Positions 18,475 through 29,099 of a DNA stretch of 64,000 bases are shown here, in pieces. Every line of letters starts with the position of its first letter. Within the stretch, counting starts at the first letter, position 1. The notes beneath the pieces are model-generated. The model was given only the letters and a program-made list of their open reading frames with translations, did no database searches and was not told where the DNA came from. This DNA comes from Candidatus Jordarchaeales archaeon (GTDB lineage: Archaea > Asgardarchaeota > Jordiarchaeia > Jordiarchaeales > Freyrarchaeaceae), in the NCBI GenBank assembly GCA_038889235.1, contig JAWAHN010000001.1, forward strand, positions 631,459 through 695,458. The letters run 5' to 3'. Made by a program: the position numbers and the translations under genes.

Positions 18475-18828
18475 GTGAGCCCGTTTGAGTATGGATCACT
18501 GGGTAAGCCTCCGGTGAAGCCGCATGCCGTTCCTAAGGACATTAAGGACATTTCACCATCTGATGGACTTGTTAGGGTTATTGGTGTCGTCGTGGAGTCC
18601 ACTCCCGGATACATCCTCATCGATGATGGAACTGGGGTGATCAGAGTGGCCTTAACGGGAGATACACCCACCCCTGAAATAGGGAAGGTTGTCAGAATTT
18701 TTGGTTCTGTGGCGAAGAACAGCAGAGGGGATACATACATTAATGCTGAAATTGTGCAGGATATGAGCGTCCTAGACCTGGGGCTTTATAGGAGAGTAAA
18801 GAACATTAAAAAACGTGGTTTAACATGA
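18475..18828 (+). CDS. OB-fold protein (putative ssDNA-binding, RPA-associated-like)
   Basis: 117 aa; beta-rich VRVIGVVVESTPGYILIDDGTGVIRV pattern typical of OB folds; immediately upstream of PCNA. Confidence 0.4.
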   Translation: MSPFEYGSLGKPPVKPHAVPKDIKDISPSDGLVRVIGVVVESTPGYILIDDGTGVIRVALTGDTPTPEIGKVVRIFGSVAKNSRGDTYINAEIVQDMSVLDLGLYRRVKNIKKRGLT

Positions 18829-18858
18829 AAATTAAAGGGGAAGTAAGGAGGGGAAAAA

Positions 18859-19614
18859 ATGCCGTTTAGAGCGAAGTTCTCAGACGCGCGAACTTGGAAG
18901 AAGGTTATTGACGCTATAGAGGTGCTCGTAGACGAGGCTGTCTTTAGGGCAAACAAGGAGGCTTTGAAAGTTAGAGCCATGGATCCAAGCCACGTTGCTA
19001 TGGTGGATGTTTACCTGCCTGCAGCGATATTCGACGAATACGAGTGCAGTGGCGATGTGGCAATAGGCGTTAGTCTCGACGAGATGAGGAAAGTAATGCG
19101 TAGGGCTAGCTCAAATGACGAGCTAGAACTAGTCCTAGACGAGTCAGCAGGTAATTTGCGTGTGCACCTTAAGGGAGCTACCAGTAGAACTTTTAGACTT
19201 TCCCTTCTAGATATAGGAAGAGAGGAGCCGCCCACACCGTCAATTAAGTTCAACGTCGAAGCAAAACTGCTATCTGACGCATTGGTCCAGGCATTAAAGG
19301 ATGCCGAGCTTTTCAGTGAACACGTCCAGATCTCTGCGACGCCGGAAGGTGTGCGAATTACTGCCTCCGGGGATACTAGCGGAGTAGAAGTCAAAATAGA
19401 CAAAGGAAGCGAGGCGCTTTTAGAGCTGAATGTCACCGAGAGCGCTAGGGCAATATACGCCCTCAGCTACCTCTCAGACATGGTTAAAGCTGCTTCAGCA
19501 AGTGAGACAGTAACTGTCAGTTTCTCCACAGACATGCCTTTAAAGCTCGAGTTCAGAGTTCTCGGGGAAGGCAGAATAACCTACTGGCTTGCTCCAAGAA
19601 TAGAGGCAGAATGA
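18859..19614 (+). CDS. pcn: DNA polymerase sliding clamp PCNA
   Basis: 251 aa; ATG preceded by GGAGGGG; PCNA-like N-terminus (MPFRAKFSDARTWKKVIDAIEVLVDEA) and two-domain length. Confidence 0.85.
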   Translation: MPFRAKFSDARTWKKVIDAIEVLVDEAVFRANKEALKVRAMDPSHVAMVDVYLPAAIFDEYECSGDVAIGVSLDEMRKVMRRASSNDELELVLDESAGNLRVHLKGATSRTFRLSLLDIGREEPPTPSIKFNVEAKLLSDALVQALKDAELFSEHVQISATPEGVRITASGDTSGVEVKIDKGSEALLELNVTESARAIYALSYLSDMVKAASASETVTVSFSTDMPLKLEFRVLGEGRITYWLAPRIEAE

Positions 19615-19668
19615 TGGCGGGATTTTCGAGGAAAACTTCGAAGACACTTTCTCACCCTGACAAACTAA

Positions 19669-20775
19669 ATGAGAGAGGAGCGGTCAGAAATCATTTCTCG
19701 CTACTTTATCGCCAAGTACCCATTCACCGTTGAAGCACAGGCTTGGCTTAGGGAGAGGAAGATTGACTTAGACTTCCTGGTTAAGGAGATGCCTGCCGTA
19801 TTAGTCAGGGCAAGAGACAGAGTGATAAAAGCTCTTGAAGAAGGAGTTGCACCGTCGATTTTAGATGACCCTGAAGCTGAATTCCTCTCGTTCCCTATAG
19901 CAAGAATGATTGTCGAAATAGTTGGAGACCCATTTTTACGCCACAGGTTCGCAGTAGCTGAGGCGAAAAGAGCTCAAGGCTTTTTCAAGGAAGAAGATGT
20001 GGAAACGTTAACTGTCATAGCTACACGGACCTTCGGGATCGACTGTCAGCCTGTCAAGAAAGATATCAGTGGAAGAGTGTATTCGTTCAAAATTCACTTC
20101 GCGGATTACTTAAGGTATGCCTCCGGCTTTCATGACCCTTACTGGAAGCTCGTTAACAGGGTTCTTTCTAAAGGATATGTCTTTCTCGCTAAAGATGATT
20201 TTACGAGAATACTAGCTGGTGCAGTTGAAAAAAGGCTGCTTGAGCCACGTGAGCCGCCTTTGAAGGTGCCCTCGGAGATCAAACAAATTGTCGACGAGGT
20301 TGTGTCCAAAGTTATGGCCAGACGGGAGAGATATGTACTGGAAGAAGTCGAGGGAGGAGAAGTAGTGGAGGAGGCGTTCCCTCCCTGTATATCAGCACTA
20401 ATTCTAGCTCTAAGGAAGAACCAGCCTCTGCCTCATAGCGCTAGGTTTACTCTGACCTCGTTCCTACTTAGCGTCGGGTACTCTGTTGACAGAATTATTT
20501 CTCTGTTCAGTGAGATACCAGACTTCAAGGAGGAAATAACGAGGTATCAAGTTGAGCACATTGCAGGAATAAGAAGCGGCACGAGGTACACGCCCCCGAA
20601 ATGCGAAACTATGAAAACCTACGGGTTATGCTTGTTTCATGAAAAATGCAGAAACATAAGGCACCCCTTGGAATACTATAGGAAATACAAGCGCCACCGT
20701 TCTAAGGAGGCTGTGAAACTTGATTCCGGAGGACAAGCGGGTGAGGAACGAAATATTCCTCAAGGGTCTCTTTAG
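19669..20775 (+). CDS. priL: DNA primase large subunit PriL
   Basis: 368 aa; conserved Fe-S domain with FPPC, HIAG, PPKCETMKTYGLC motifs; 3' end overlaps priS by 56 bp. Confidence 0.8.
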   Translation: MREERSEIISRYFIAKYPFTVEAQAWLRERKIDLDFLVKEMPAVLVRARDRVIKALEEGVAPSILDDPEAEFLSFPIARMIVEIVGDPFLRHRFAVAEAKRAQGFFKEEDVETLTVIATRTFGIDCQPVKKDISGRVYSFKIHFADYLRYASGFHDPYWKLVNRVLSKGYVFLAKDDFTRILAGAVEKRLLEPREPPLKVPSEIKQIVDEVVSKVMARRERYVLEEVEGGEVVEEAFPPCISALILALRKNQPLPHSARFTLTSFLLSVGYSVDRIISLFSEIPDFKEEITRYQVEHIAGIRSGTRYTPPKCETMKTYGLCLFHEKCRNIRHPLEYYRKYKRHRSKEAVKLDSGGQAGEERNIPQGSL

Positions 20776-21967
20776 GAAGTATTACCAGGAGAACAAGGTC
20801 AGTCCACCTCTTTCCATCGAGAAAAGGGAGTTTGGGTTCATGTTTTTTGGTTCACAAAACATGGTGCGGCACTTGTCCTTTACCAACGCTGAAAGTCTTC
20901 AGCAGTTCATGTTTTCCAGGGTACCGTCTAACGCATTCTACTCTGCAGCTTACTACTCGAAGCCCGACGCAGCGAAAATGGATGAGAAAGGATGGGAGGG
21001 GTGTGACCTCATATTTGACATTGACGCAGACCACCTTAGAACGCCTTGCAAGGAAACACATGACAAATGGGTTTGCCAGAACTGTGGAGAAAGTGGATTA
21101 GGAGGAAGACCTGAAAAGTGTCCGCGGTGCGGGGGACAAAACATAGAAGAGAGGACGTGGCTGTGCGAAACATGCTTAGAGACAGCAAAGAACGAACTGA
21201 TAAAACTCATAGAAGATTTTTTGATGGCTGACTTTGGAATTAGTGCGGACGAATTAAGAGTGGTTTTCTCGGGTCACAGAGGTTATCACGTTCACATAAC
21301 TTCACGGGTATTACTGGACTTGGACCAAAACGCGAGGCGCGAAATAATAGACTATATAAAAGGTGTAGGAATAGAACCATACTACCATGGGCTTATGGAG
21401 GTACGAGAAGGAAGAAGTAAAATCCTGAAGGGGCCACGTGTTAGCGAGGAAGGGTGGAGAGGAAGATTAGCTAGAGGAGTAATTAAAACAATATTATCAA
21501 TGAGCGAGGAAAGCATTCCACAGGATAGAAAAGTAAGGGCGGCTTTGCAAAAACTGCTCAAGGATAGAAGCCGGGTAGTCGCATCTTTGGGGGAAGGCAT
21601 ATGGGACCCTGTGAGGGGGGTCAGCTTAGACGCTTGGAAGTACGTAGTGAAGACTGCCATTGAGGAAGTTGGAGGGAAAGTTGACGAACCTGTAACTTCC
21701 GACGTTAGGAGATTAATAAGGCTCCCAACTTCTTTGCATGGAAAAACAGGATTTAAAGTATCTTTAGTCAAACTGGGAGAAATCTCCAATTTCGATCCAT
21801 TTAGGCATGCTTTAGCTTTTAAAGGAGAAGTTACCGTTCACGTGAATGAAGCTCCGAGATTCAGAATAGGGGAAGAAGAATTTGGACCATTTAAGGATGA
21901 AGACGTGGAACTCCCCCTCTCGGCGGCAGTTCTCTTACTGTGTAAAAGTGTTGCCTACTTGAAGTAG
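20720..21967 (+). CDS. priS: DNA primase small (catalytic) subunit PriS
   Basis: 415 aa; catalytic DLIFDIDADH motif, zinc knuckle CQNCG...CPRCG. Confidence 0.85.
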   Translation: MIPEDKRVRNEIFLKGLFRKYYQENKVSPPLSIEKREFGFMFFGSQNMVRHLSFTNAESLQQFMFSRVPSNAFYSAAYYSKPDAAKMDEKGWEGCDLIFDIDADHLRTPCKETHDKWVCQNCGESGLGGRPEKCPRCGGQNIEERTWLCETCLETAKNELIKLIEDFLMADFGISADELRVVFSGHRGYHVHITSRVLLDLDQNARREIIDYIKGVGIEPYYHGLMEVREGRSKILKGPRVSEEGWRGRLARGVIKTILSMSEESIPQDRKVRAALQKLLKDRSRVVASLGEGIWDPVRGVSLDAWKYVVKTAIEEVGGKVDEPVTSDVRRLIRLPTSLHGKTGFKVSLVKLGEISNFDPFRHALAFKGEVTVHVNEAPRFRIGEEEFGPFKDEDVELPLSAAVLLLCKSVAYLK

Positions 21968-21976
21968 GAGGGAGCT

Positions 21977-22513
21977 GTGGTGTACAAGGAGATACGCGAA
22001 GCGTGGCTTGCCGAACAAAAAGAGGGGGGCATTCGGACGTTGGACAGCGAGTTCTTCGAGAGGGCAGCAGGATATCTTAGACGCTTAGAAGCTTTAGAGG
22101 AAGAGAGTGAGCTGGTCAAGGTTAAAAGGGAAAGAGTACGGTACATGCTGATGGATCTTATCGAGCTACGATTAGAGAAGATGTTTTCGAGCATAATTAT
22201 TAGTACTCCAATAAATCCCGGGGCACTAACCCAGAAGGAAAGAGAGATCTATGGTGAGCTTCAAGGGTTATTTGAGACGAGAGAGAGCGAGGAAGAGTTG
22301 GGTGAGGAGGAATATGTATTGGTACGCATGCTAGTCGACTTACCAGAGATTGTTGGAGTAGATCTTCAAATCTATGGTCCATTCAAAGCAGAGGACATAG
22401 TAACGCTTCCCAGGGACAATGCGATTGCTCTCATAAGAAAGGGTGTGGCTGTTCCCATAATGGTAGACAGCAAGAGAAATTCCAAGGTGAGTGAGCTACC
22501 TACTCAAAGTTAA
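21977..22513 (+). CDS. GINS complex subunit (Gins15/Gins51-like)
   Basis: 178 aa; acidic coiled N-terminal half and C-terminal GPFKAEDIVTLPRDNAIALIRKGVA; position directly after priS is where archaeal gins15 is typically found. Confidence 0.55.
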   Translation: MVYKEIREAWLAEQKEGGIRTLDSEFFERAAGYLRRLEALEEESELVKVKRERVRYMLMDLIELRLEKMFSSIIISTPINPGALTQKEREIYGELQGLFETRESEEELGEEEYVLVRMLVDLPEIVGVDLQIYGPFKAEDIVTLPRDNAIALIRKGVAVPIMVDSKRNSKVSELPTQS

Positions 22514-22661
22514 AGAGCTGGATGTTTTTCAACATAGCACCGCAAAAACTTTTTAAGTGTCCCGGCTGTTGTTCTTTCTAAAACTAGATAATGAGTGCTT
22601 TATAACTGTCAACTTGTGTTCTTCTCATAAGAGTTTAAAATGAAAAAAAGGGTGAAACGTA

Positions 22662-23147
22662 TTGGGCAAGGTTACCGTTGAGGCGCTCGTTGAGGGAGGA
22701 AAGGCGACTGCTGGCCCACCGATAGGACCAGCCTTAGGCCCTACGGGAGTAAATCTGTACCAAGTAGTCCAAAAGATAAATGAGCTGACAGCTAAGTTTA
22801 AAGGACTTAAAGTTCCCGTAAAGATAACGGTTGACACAGATGACAAATCCTTTGAAGTAGAGGTGGGCGTCCCGCCCACTTCAGCTTTGATCTTAAGCAA
22901 GTTAGGGAAAGAAAAAGCCACCGGAAGCCCGGGAAAGGAGGTTACAGGTGACATTTCGATGAAAGATATAGTTGAGATAGCAAAGATGAAGCGCAGCCAG
23001 TTGACGGCTAAAACTTTGGCTGGAGCGGTGAGGACGGTACTCGGAACCTGTGTTTCTATGGGGATCACTGTGGACGGCAAGGATCCAAGGGTTGTCCAGA
23101 AAGAGGTGCTAGAAGGCAAGTATGACCATCTTCTAGTTGAGGATTAA
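22662..23147 (+). CDS. rpl11: 50S ribosomal protein uL11
   Basis: 161 aa; GGKATAGPPIGPALGPTGVN signature. Confidence 0.9.
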   Translation: MGKVTVEALVEGGKATAGPPIGPALGPTGVNLYQVVQKINELTAKFKGLKVPVKITVDTDDKSFEVEVGVPPTSALILSKLGKEKATGSPGKEVTGDISMKDIVEIAKMKRSQLTAKTLAGAVRTVLGTCVSMGITVDGKDPRVVQKEVLEGKYDHLLVED

Positions 23148-23181
23148 TTTCGAGCACTAAGGGAAATAAAGGGGGTTTACA

Positions 23182-23844
23182 ATGCCCATCGACAAAAAGG
23201 AATTAATTGAGGCGTTGAAAAAGGTCGATGAGATTTCGAAAAAAAGAAACTTCGTGGAAGCTATAGAGTTGATGGTTAATCTGAAGGATATTGACCTTAA
23301 AAAGCCGGAAAACCGCATAAACACCGAGCTTGTTCTTCCGAATGAGATTGGCGGAGAACCAAATGTTTGTGTTATCGCCTCAGGAGAGCTGGCAGTAAAA
23401 GCTAAGGATCTCAATGTGAGGGTGTTAGACAAAGATGAGCTCCAAAGTCTGGCGGGTAATAAGAAAGCTATAAAGAAGCTTGCTAAGACGTACGATTTCT
23501 TCATAGCATCAGTAGATCTTATGCCTCTCGTTGGTAAAATCCTTGGTGCCATTCTTGGGCCTAGGGGAAAGATGCCTAAACCAGTACCCCCTAACACCGA
23601 CCTAAGAGCTGTGCTTGAAAACTATAAGAAAACTGTTAGGTTGAGAATGAGAGATAATCCTTGTATACACGCCAAGGTTGGCACCAGAGGGATGGATAAA
23701 GAAAAGCTGGCTGAAAACATTAATGCGATTTTGTCTTTCCTTGAGGAGAAACTCGAGCGGGGACCTAGCAACATAAAGTCCATTTATTTGAAGACAACCA
23801 TGGGGCCCTCTGTTAAAGTGCCATACGTGAGGAGTAAGAGGTGA
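23182..23844 (+). CDS. rpl1: 50S ribosomal protein uL1
   Basis: 220 aa; conserved L1 fold motifs (LGPRGKMPKPV). Confidence 0.9.
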   Translation: MPIDKKELIEALKKVDEISKKRNFVEAIELMVNLKDIDLKKPENRINTELVLPNEIGGEPNVCVIASGELAVKAKDLNVRVLDKDELQSLAGNKKAIKKLAKTYDFFIASVDLMPLVGKILGAILGPRGKMPKPVPPNTDLRAVLENYKKTVRLRMRDNPCIHAKVGTRGMDKEKLAENINAILSFLEEKLERGPSNIKSIYLKTTMGPSVKVPYVRSKR

Positions 23845-23850
23845 AAGAGA

Positions 23851-24864
23851 GTGCAGGTTGAACTAACTGCAAGGGGAAGGCCTGTTCCAGAATACAAGGT
23901 GAAAAGAGTAAGTGAAATTAAGCGGCTTATGGAAACATATAAAGTCATAGGTATTGCCAATATAGAGGGGATAGGAGCGAAGCAGCTTCAGGAGTTAAGA
24001 AGCAAGCTAAGAGGGCAAGTTCTGATAAAAGTGGAGAAAAACACGTTGGTCAAAAAAGCTATAGAGAAACTCGCCAGGTCAAAGAAGGGAATAGAACTGC
24101 TTATGGAGCACATCAAAGGACCTATAGCGCTTATTTTCACCAATATGAATCCAGTTAAACTTAACATGATATTCGAAAAGAACAAGACCAAGGCGCCGAT
24201 TAAACCTGAATCGGTTACACCTGTAGACATAATAGTTCCAGCTGGAAATACAGGTCTTCCTCCTGGACCTATAATAAGTGAGCTTGGAAGCGTGGGACTT
24301 CCTACAAGGGTGCAATCTGGAACCATATGGATAACCAAAGATACACTTGTGGCTAGGGCGGGGGAAGTTGTATCGAAAAACCTTGCAGAAGTTTTAAGAA
24401 AACTGAAGATAGAGCCGTTAGAAATTGGATTGGCTTTATCTGCGGCTTACGCTGATGGAATAGTGTTTACGGAGAAGGATTTGAAGATTAACATTCAAGA
24501 CGTTCTTGATGAGGTCAAGAAAGCACACGTTGAAGCGGTAAATCTTGCTGTTTCAGCGCAGGCGGCTATTCCAGAAGTAATGCCATTCATTCTTCAGAAA
24601 GCGTACCAGGAGGCGTTTAACCTTGCAGTTAACGCTGCTATTCCTACGGTTGAAACCTTGCCGCACATCTTGAAGATAGCTGAGAGTAGGGCAATGAGCC
24701 TAGCTGCTGCCGTGGCAAGTAAGAGGCCAGACGCTGTTCCAGAGGATGTTTTCAAAGCGGCAAAAGCTGAGGGCGAAAAAGTTCCAGAAAGAAAAGAGGA
24801 AAAAGAAACTAAGAAGGAGGAAGCTGAAGAAGAAATCGGCGGTCTGGGTATGTTATTTGGCTAA
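23851..24864 (+). CDS. rpl10: 50S ribosomal protein uL10 (acidic stalk protein P0)
   Basis: 337 aa; L10/P0 N-terminal domain and acidic C-terminal tail ending GGLGMLFG. Confidence 0.85.
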   Translation: MQVELTARGRPVPEYKVKRVSEIKRLMETYKVIGIANIEGIGAKQLQELRSKLRGQVLIKVEKNTLVKKAIEKLARSKKGIELLMEHIKGPIALIFTNMNPVKLNMIFEKNKTKAPIKPESVTPVDIIVPAGNTGLPPGPIISELGSVGLPTRVQSGTIWITKDTLVARAGEVVSKNLAEVLRKLKIEPLEIGLALSAAYADGIVFTEKDLKINIQDVLDEVKKAHVEAVNLAVSAQAAIPEVMPFILQKAYQEAFNLAVNAAIPTVETLPHILKIAESRAMSLAAAVASKRPDAVPEDVFKAAKAEGEKVPERKEEKETKKEEAEEEIGGLGMLFG

Positions 24865-24926
24865 ATGTGTGAAACCTTTAAAAGTACTCATCGAAATTAG
24901 AAGTTGACAAAAAGGGGTGAAGTGAA

Positions 24927-25241
24927 ATGGAGTATATATATGCTGCAATGCTTCTTCACCGTGCGGGGAAGGGTATAAACGAAGAGAATATGAAAAAAGT
25001 TCTAACTGCTGCAGGGATATCTCCTGACGAGGTTAGGGTCAAAGCACTGGTCGCAGCTCTGGAAGAGATAAATATTGACGAAGCAATTAAGAGCGCAGTA
25101 ACGATGCCTATGGTGGCAGCGGCTGCAGCGCCGCAGCAAGCAGAGGTGCCAACAGCTAAGGAAGAAAAGAAAGAGAAAGAAAAGAAAGAAGAGAAGAAGG
25201 AAGAAGAAGTATTAGAGGGACTTGGTGCTCTCTTCGGTTAA
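24927..25241 (+). CDS. rpl12: 50S ribosomal stalk protein P1 (L12e)
   Basis: 104 aa; [11 protein letters not shown]... N-terminus, Ala-rich hinge, KE-rich tail ending EGLGALFG. Confidence 0.9.
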   Translation: MEYIYAAMLLHRAGKGINEENMKKVLTAAGISPDEVRVKALVAALEEINIDEAIKSAVTMPMVAAAAAPQQAEVPTAKEEKKEKEKKEEKKEEEVLEGLGALFG

Positions 25242-25268
25242 TTAAACAGCGCAAATCAATGCTTGTTT

Positions 25269-28091
25269 TCAACTTTTTAGAGATTTACGGAGCAGTTCCA
25301 GCGCTCTTCTCATTGCTTCATCAATTTTTTCTACGAGTTCTCCCCCGCCCATGGCTATGTTTTCTTTGCCACCACCAGACCCACCTACAACCACTGATAT
25401 CTCTCTGACTATTGCAGATACATCTACCGGTACTTTGTTCCCTCTCATTCCGACAACTTCTACTTTCCCGTTCCTCCCTAAGAGAATTACAACCAAGTTC
25501 TCGTTCTTTTTAACTAACGAGTCGGCTATTTTTACGAGAGTTTCCCTATCAGTATCTACTCTTTCTACGATTGTAACATATTCCTCTAAAGGTATAACTT
25601 TATTGAGAAGCCTCTCAGCTTCCATCTTAGCCAAGTAGTTTTTGAGTTTTTCAATTTCCTTTCCTCGATCCTTCCACTCTTCAAAGAATCTTTTAGCAGC
25701 GTCTAAGACGTTTTCCTTTGGAACTTTGAAGACTGATGCAACGCTGTTAAGGAGCCTATCGATGTCTTGAATGTAGCGGATAGCAGCGTCGCCGGCCTTG
25801 AACTCAAACCTAACCACTCCGTCCTGTATTCTTTCAGTTTTCACTATTTTGATAATTCCAACTTCACCCGTGTAGTCTACATGTATTCCTCCGCAGGCTT
25901 CTACGTCCCATCCTTCTACGTCAACTATTCTAAGCTCTCCGCCGGGAACCGCGCCTCCTTGGTATATTGTGAAGCCAAACTTGTTCTCAGCTTCGTCTCT
26001 AGGCATGACATACTTGCTTACCCGGCGGTTCTCCATAACGATTTTATTGGCCAGCTCTTCTATTCTTGCAACTTCCTCGTTGGTTAAAGGTTTGTAGTGT
26101 GTTACGTCTAACCTTGCTTCATCAAATCTTTTCTCTGCACCAGCCTGCCAGACGTGGGGGCCTAGTACTCTTCTCGCCGCACCATTAAGTATGTGTGTTG
26201 CGGTGTGATGTCTCATGAGGGCAATTCTCCTTTCCCAGTCTATCTTCCCCTTAACCTCTTGTCCTACATGGAACTTAGAAACGTCGTTTACTTGATGGAG
26301 AATTACGTTTCCGACTTTTTCAACCTTGACCACGGTTTCGCCGTTAAGGCTGCCAACGTCGTACAGCTGGCCTCCCCCGGTAGGATAAAACAAGGTTCTG
26401 TCAAGGATTACGTATGGCCCAATTATGGCTATGACTCGCCCAGTGAACTCAGAGTCATATGGTCTGTCGTAGTAAAGTGGGTAAGTTGGAGGAATGTTTT
26501 CGTCTATCACAATACCCGGAGAAACAACGCCTCTATCTTTTTTCTCTTGTCTACCACCAAGTTCGAGGTAAAAGTTGCTTGGAACCTCGATCTTAATTCC
26601 CATTTCTTCGCCTATTTCTTGAACCATTTCGGGTGTGATCCCATTTGATTCATAGAGTTTAATGAGGGTTTCAACGTCCAGTGACTTCTTCTTTAGGAGA
26701 CGTTCAACCTGGCTGCGACCTTTAGCCAGCGACTGCAAGTATCTTTCCTTTTCGACAGCAAAAACGTCATCTATTATTTCAGCCGCAACCTTCAAGTGCG
26801 GGTAACTCCTGCTGAAGTACTCTATTTGCTTGTGGAAAAGCTCTGTGAAGTTTAATTCGAAACCATAAAGCTTATCCAAGCTAAGCGCCCTTCGAAGTAT
26901 CACGCGGAGGTTGTAACCTCCACCGACGTTTGAAGGAATGCCGCCATCAGCTACGGCGAAGACCAGGGTGCGCGTGTGGTCAGCTATAGCATAGAGGGCT
27001 TCTAGGGGGAGAAGCTGTCTCTTGAGCTCTTCCGTGGAGACGTCAAGCTTAGAAGCTATTTCGCGCACCACTTTTTCAAGATCTTGCATCTCGGTTGCAT
27101 CGAAAACTCCCGCAAGAGCGAAGTACCTCAGGATGAGGTCCTCGTCGACGGTCACCCCGGCCTCCTTTTTCAACCACTCCAAAATGGGGCCGAAGGCGGC
27201 CTCATATATTGTTGGGGTTCCTTGCATGAACCAACTAACCCGCTCGATCCCCCAACCTACATCTATCACTCTTATTTTAAGTTCTCTCCAGCTTCCATCC
27301 GGATTGAAAGCATACTGCATGAAGACATTATTTACTATTTCTAGGCCGCGGCCAAAGGCTTCTAGGGACGGGCCGAATGTTCCCCCGCCACTCCAAACAT
27401 CTTCCTTATAGGTTATTTCCTCCTTTTCCAGATTGAGGACTTTGGTTAAGAATTCGAAGTTGAGCTCCATGCATCTGTCCATCCAGTAACCCTCACCGTT
27501 ATAGTTGAAAGCATGTTGGCCTCCCATTATGAAGAGGGAGAGGTGTCTGCCCGTTCTACCGACGTTGTCTATGTCGCAAAAGCCTTTACCTCCAAACCTT
27601 ATGCAGGGCTGTGGGACAACAAGTGGATTTGCAGGAGGTCTCACGACGCCTTCAACTACGTACGGCTGGAAGTCGGCTATCGATGCTATGGTGAAAGCTA
27701 TGTCGTCCCTCCATCTAGCCACAACAGGATAAGCCTTTATTCTTTTATGGCCTCTTTCCTCGAAAAACCTACACCACTTTTCTATAGACTCGTGGAAATC
27801 CCATGCCATGCTAGTCTTCTTTCCCAGGAAGAGGTATCCTCCAACACACTTGGTGTCACCGCAGTTCTTTCGGTCAGGGTCCAGGGTCCAAAAGTAGTCG
27901 CCGCAAACTTCGCACCTATTTCTGACGAATCCTTCTCGCCTGAAAAGTTCTACTTCGTACTTTTCTTTACCGAAGTTTTTCCTAAGCTCCTCTTTAGAGA
28001 CAGTCAACGGGAACACCTCTTTGTGAGGGCGAGGGATGCTTTCTTGTTGCAAGTAAATTTTGAGGCGGGAAAGTCTAAAAACCTTCCTCAC
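25269..28091 (-). CDS. alaS: Alanyl-tRNA synthetase
   Basis: 940 aa; archaeal AlaRS N-terminus (CEVCGDYFWT), class II catalytic core, editing-domain HxxxH region, C-terminal DHH-like domain. Confidence 0.9.
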   Translation of the reverse strand: MRKVFRLSRLKIYLQQESIPRPHKEVFPLTVSKEELRKNFGKEKYEVELFRREGFVRNRCEVCGDYFWTLDPDRKNCGDTKCVGGYLFLGKKTSMAWDFHESIEKWCRFFEERGHKRIKAYPVVARWRDDIAFTIASIADFQPYVVEGVVRPPANPLVVPQPCIRFGGKGFCDIDNVGRTGRHLSLFIMGGQHAFNYNGEGYWMDRCMELNFEFLTKVLNLEKEEITYKEDVWSGGGTFGPSLEAFGRGLEIVNNVFMQYAFNPDGSWRELKIRVIDVGWGIERVSWFMQGTPTIYEAAFGPILEWLKKEAGVTVDEDLILRYFALAGVFDATEMQDLEKVVREIASKLDVSTEELKRQLLPLEALYAIADHTRTLVFAVADGGIPSNVGGGYNLRVILRRALSLDKLYGFELNFTELFHKQIEYFSRSYPHLKVAAEIIDDVFAVEKERYLQSLAKGRSQVERLLKKKSLDVETLIKLYESNGITPEMVQEIGEEMGIKIEVPSNFYLELGGRQEKKDRGVVSPGIVIDENIPPTYPLYYDRPYDSEFTGRVIAIIGPYVILDRTLFYPTGGGQLYDVGSLNGETVVKVEKVGNVILHQVNDVSKFHVGQEVKGKIDWERRIALMRHHTATHILNGAARRVLGPHVWQAGAEKRFDEARLDVTHYKPLTNEEVARIEELANKIVMENRRVSKYVMPRDEAENKFGFTIYQGGAVPGGELRIVDVEGWDVEACGGIHVDYTGEVGIIKIVKTERIQDGVVRFEFKAGDAAIRYIQDIDRLLNSVASVFKVPKENVLDAAKRFFEEWKDRGKEIEKLKNYLAKMEAERLLNKVIPLEEYVTIVERVDTDRETLVKIADSLVKKNENLVVILLGRNGKVEVVGMRGNKVPVDVSAIVREISVVVGGSGGGKENIAMGGGELVEKIDEAMRRALELLRKSLKS

Positions 28092-28111
28092 GAATAGGAT
28101 TTTTTAACAGT

Positions 28112-28810
28112 ATGAATAACTGTGGTATGGTGTTTAGTGGTGAAAGTAGGTTGTTTGAGTTAGATGAAGCGAAATTGAGGAGAGCGGCTGAAGAGGTAAG
28201 ATACCTTTTGAACAGGGGGTATAATAGAGAAAGTGTTCTCAAATTCGTTGCAGATCACCACCATCTTGACAAGGTGCATAGAACAATCCTCATGAGAAGT
28301 GTCTTTAGTAGTGGTGAAATAGAGGAAAGGAGGAGGAAAACCGTCTCATTCAAAGACCTTAATGGTGAAACGCTTTCCGTCGATGGGTATAATGTACTGA
28401 TAGTCATTGAAACGATGATGAGAAACGGACTTCTGATAGAGGGGGATGATGGATATATAAGAGACATGTCGGGAGTTCATGGAAAGTACAGGGCGACGAA
28501 TCTAACAGCTGAAGCTCTAAGCATTATCTTGGAAAAGCTCGAGAGTGCTAACCCAAAAAAAGTCTTGATATTCTTTGACAAGCCGGTAAGCAAAAGTGGG
28601 GAGTTAGCTAAAGCTACAAGACAGCTCATGAAAGAACATAGAATAGAAGGAGATAGTTTAACTGTAAGACGAGCAGATAGCACTGTGCTAAAAGCAGGAG
28701 GTGTAGCGCTCACAAGCGACAGCGTGATTCTACAGAAAGCCAGAAAATGTTTTGATATAGCGGGGCACATAGTCAAGGAAAGAGGCTATAGGAAAATCCT
28801 AAAACTGTGA
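28112..28810 (+). CDS. Conserved hypothetical protein
   Basis: 232 aa uninterrupted ORF with typical codon usage; no family recognised with confidence. Confidence 0.5.
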   Translation: MNNCGMVFSGESRLFELDEAKLRRAAEEVRYLLNRGYNRESVLKFVADHHHLDKVHRTILMRSVFSSGEIEERRRKTVSFKDLNGETLSVDGYNVLIVIETMMRNGLLIEGDDGYIRDMSGVHGKYRATNLTAEALSIILEKLESANPKKVLIFFDKPVSKSGELAKATRQLMKEHRIEGDSLTVRRADSTVLKAGGVALTSDSVILQKARKCFDIAGHIVKERGYRKILKL

Positions 28811-29099
28811 GCAAATTGATATGATGCGTACAAGAGTCATTTCAGAAATCATTGTAAGTATCTGAATTTCGGTTTTCTGACGTGTTTCATCGAAGCTACC
28901 GATGGTTGAGTAGCTAGCTCAAAGTAGTTGTCTGCCGGCATCATGGTTGTTGCATAGGGTAAGAAAGGTCAATGTTTCTTGGGATGGTGAAAACTGGACG
29001 CGATGTGATCCTCGAATCTCTTAACATGAAAAACACGAAGAAGAACACGAAGAGGCATAACATATAAAAACTTGTCGAGAAATACCACTCTTGAGTGGC

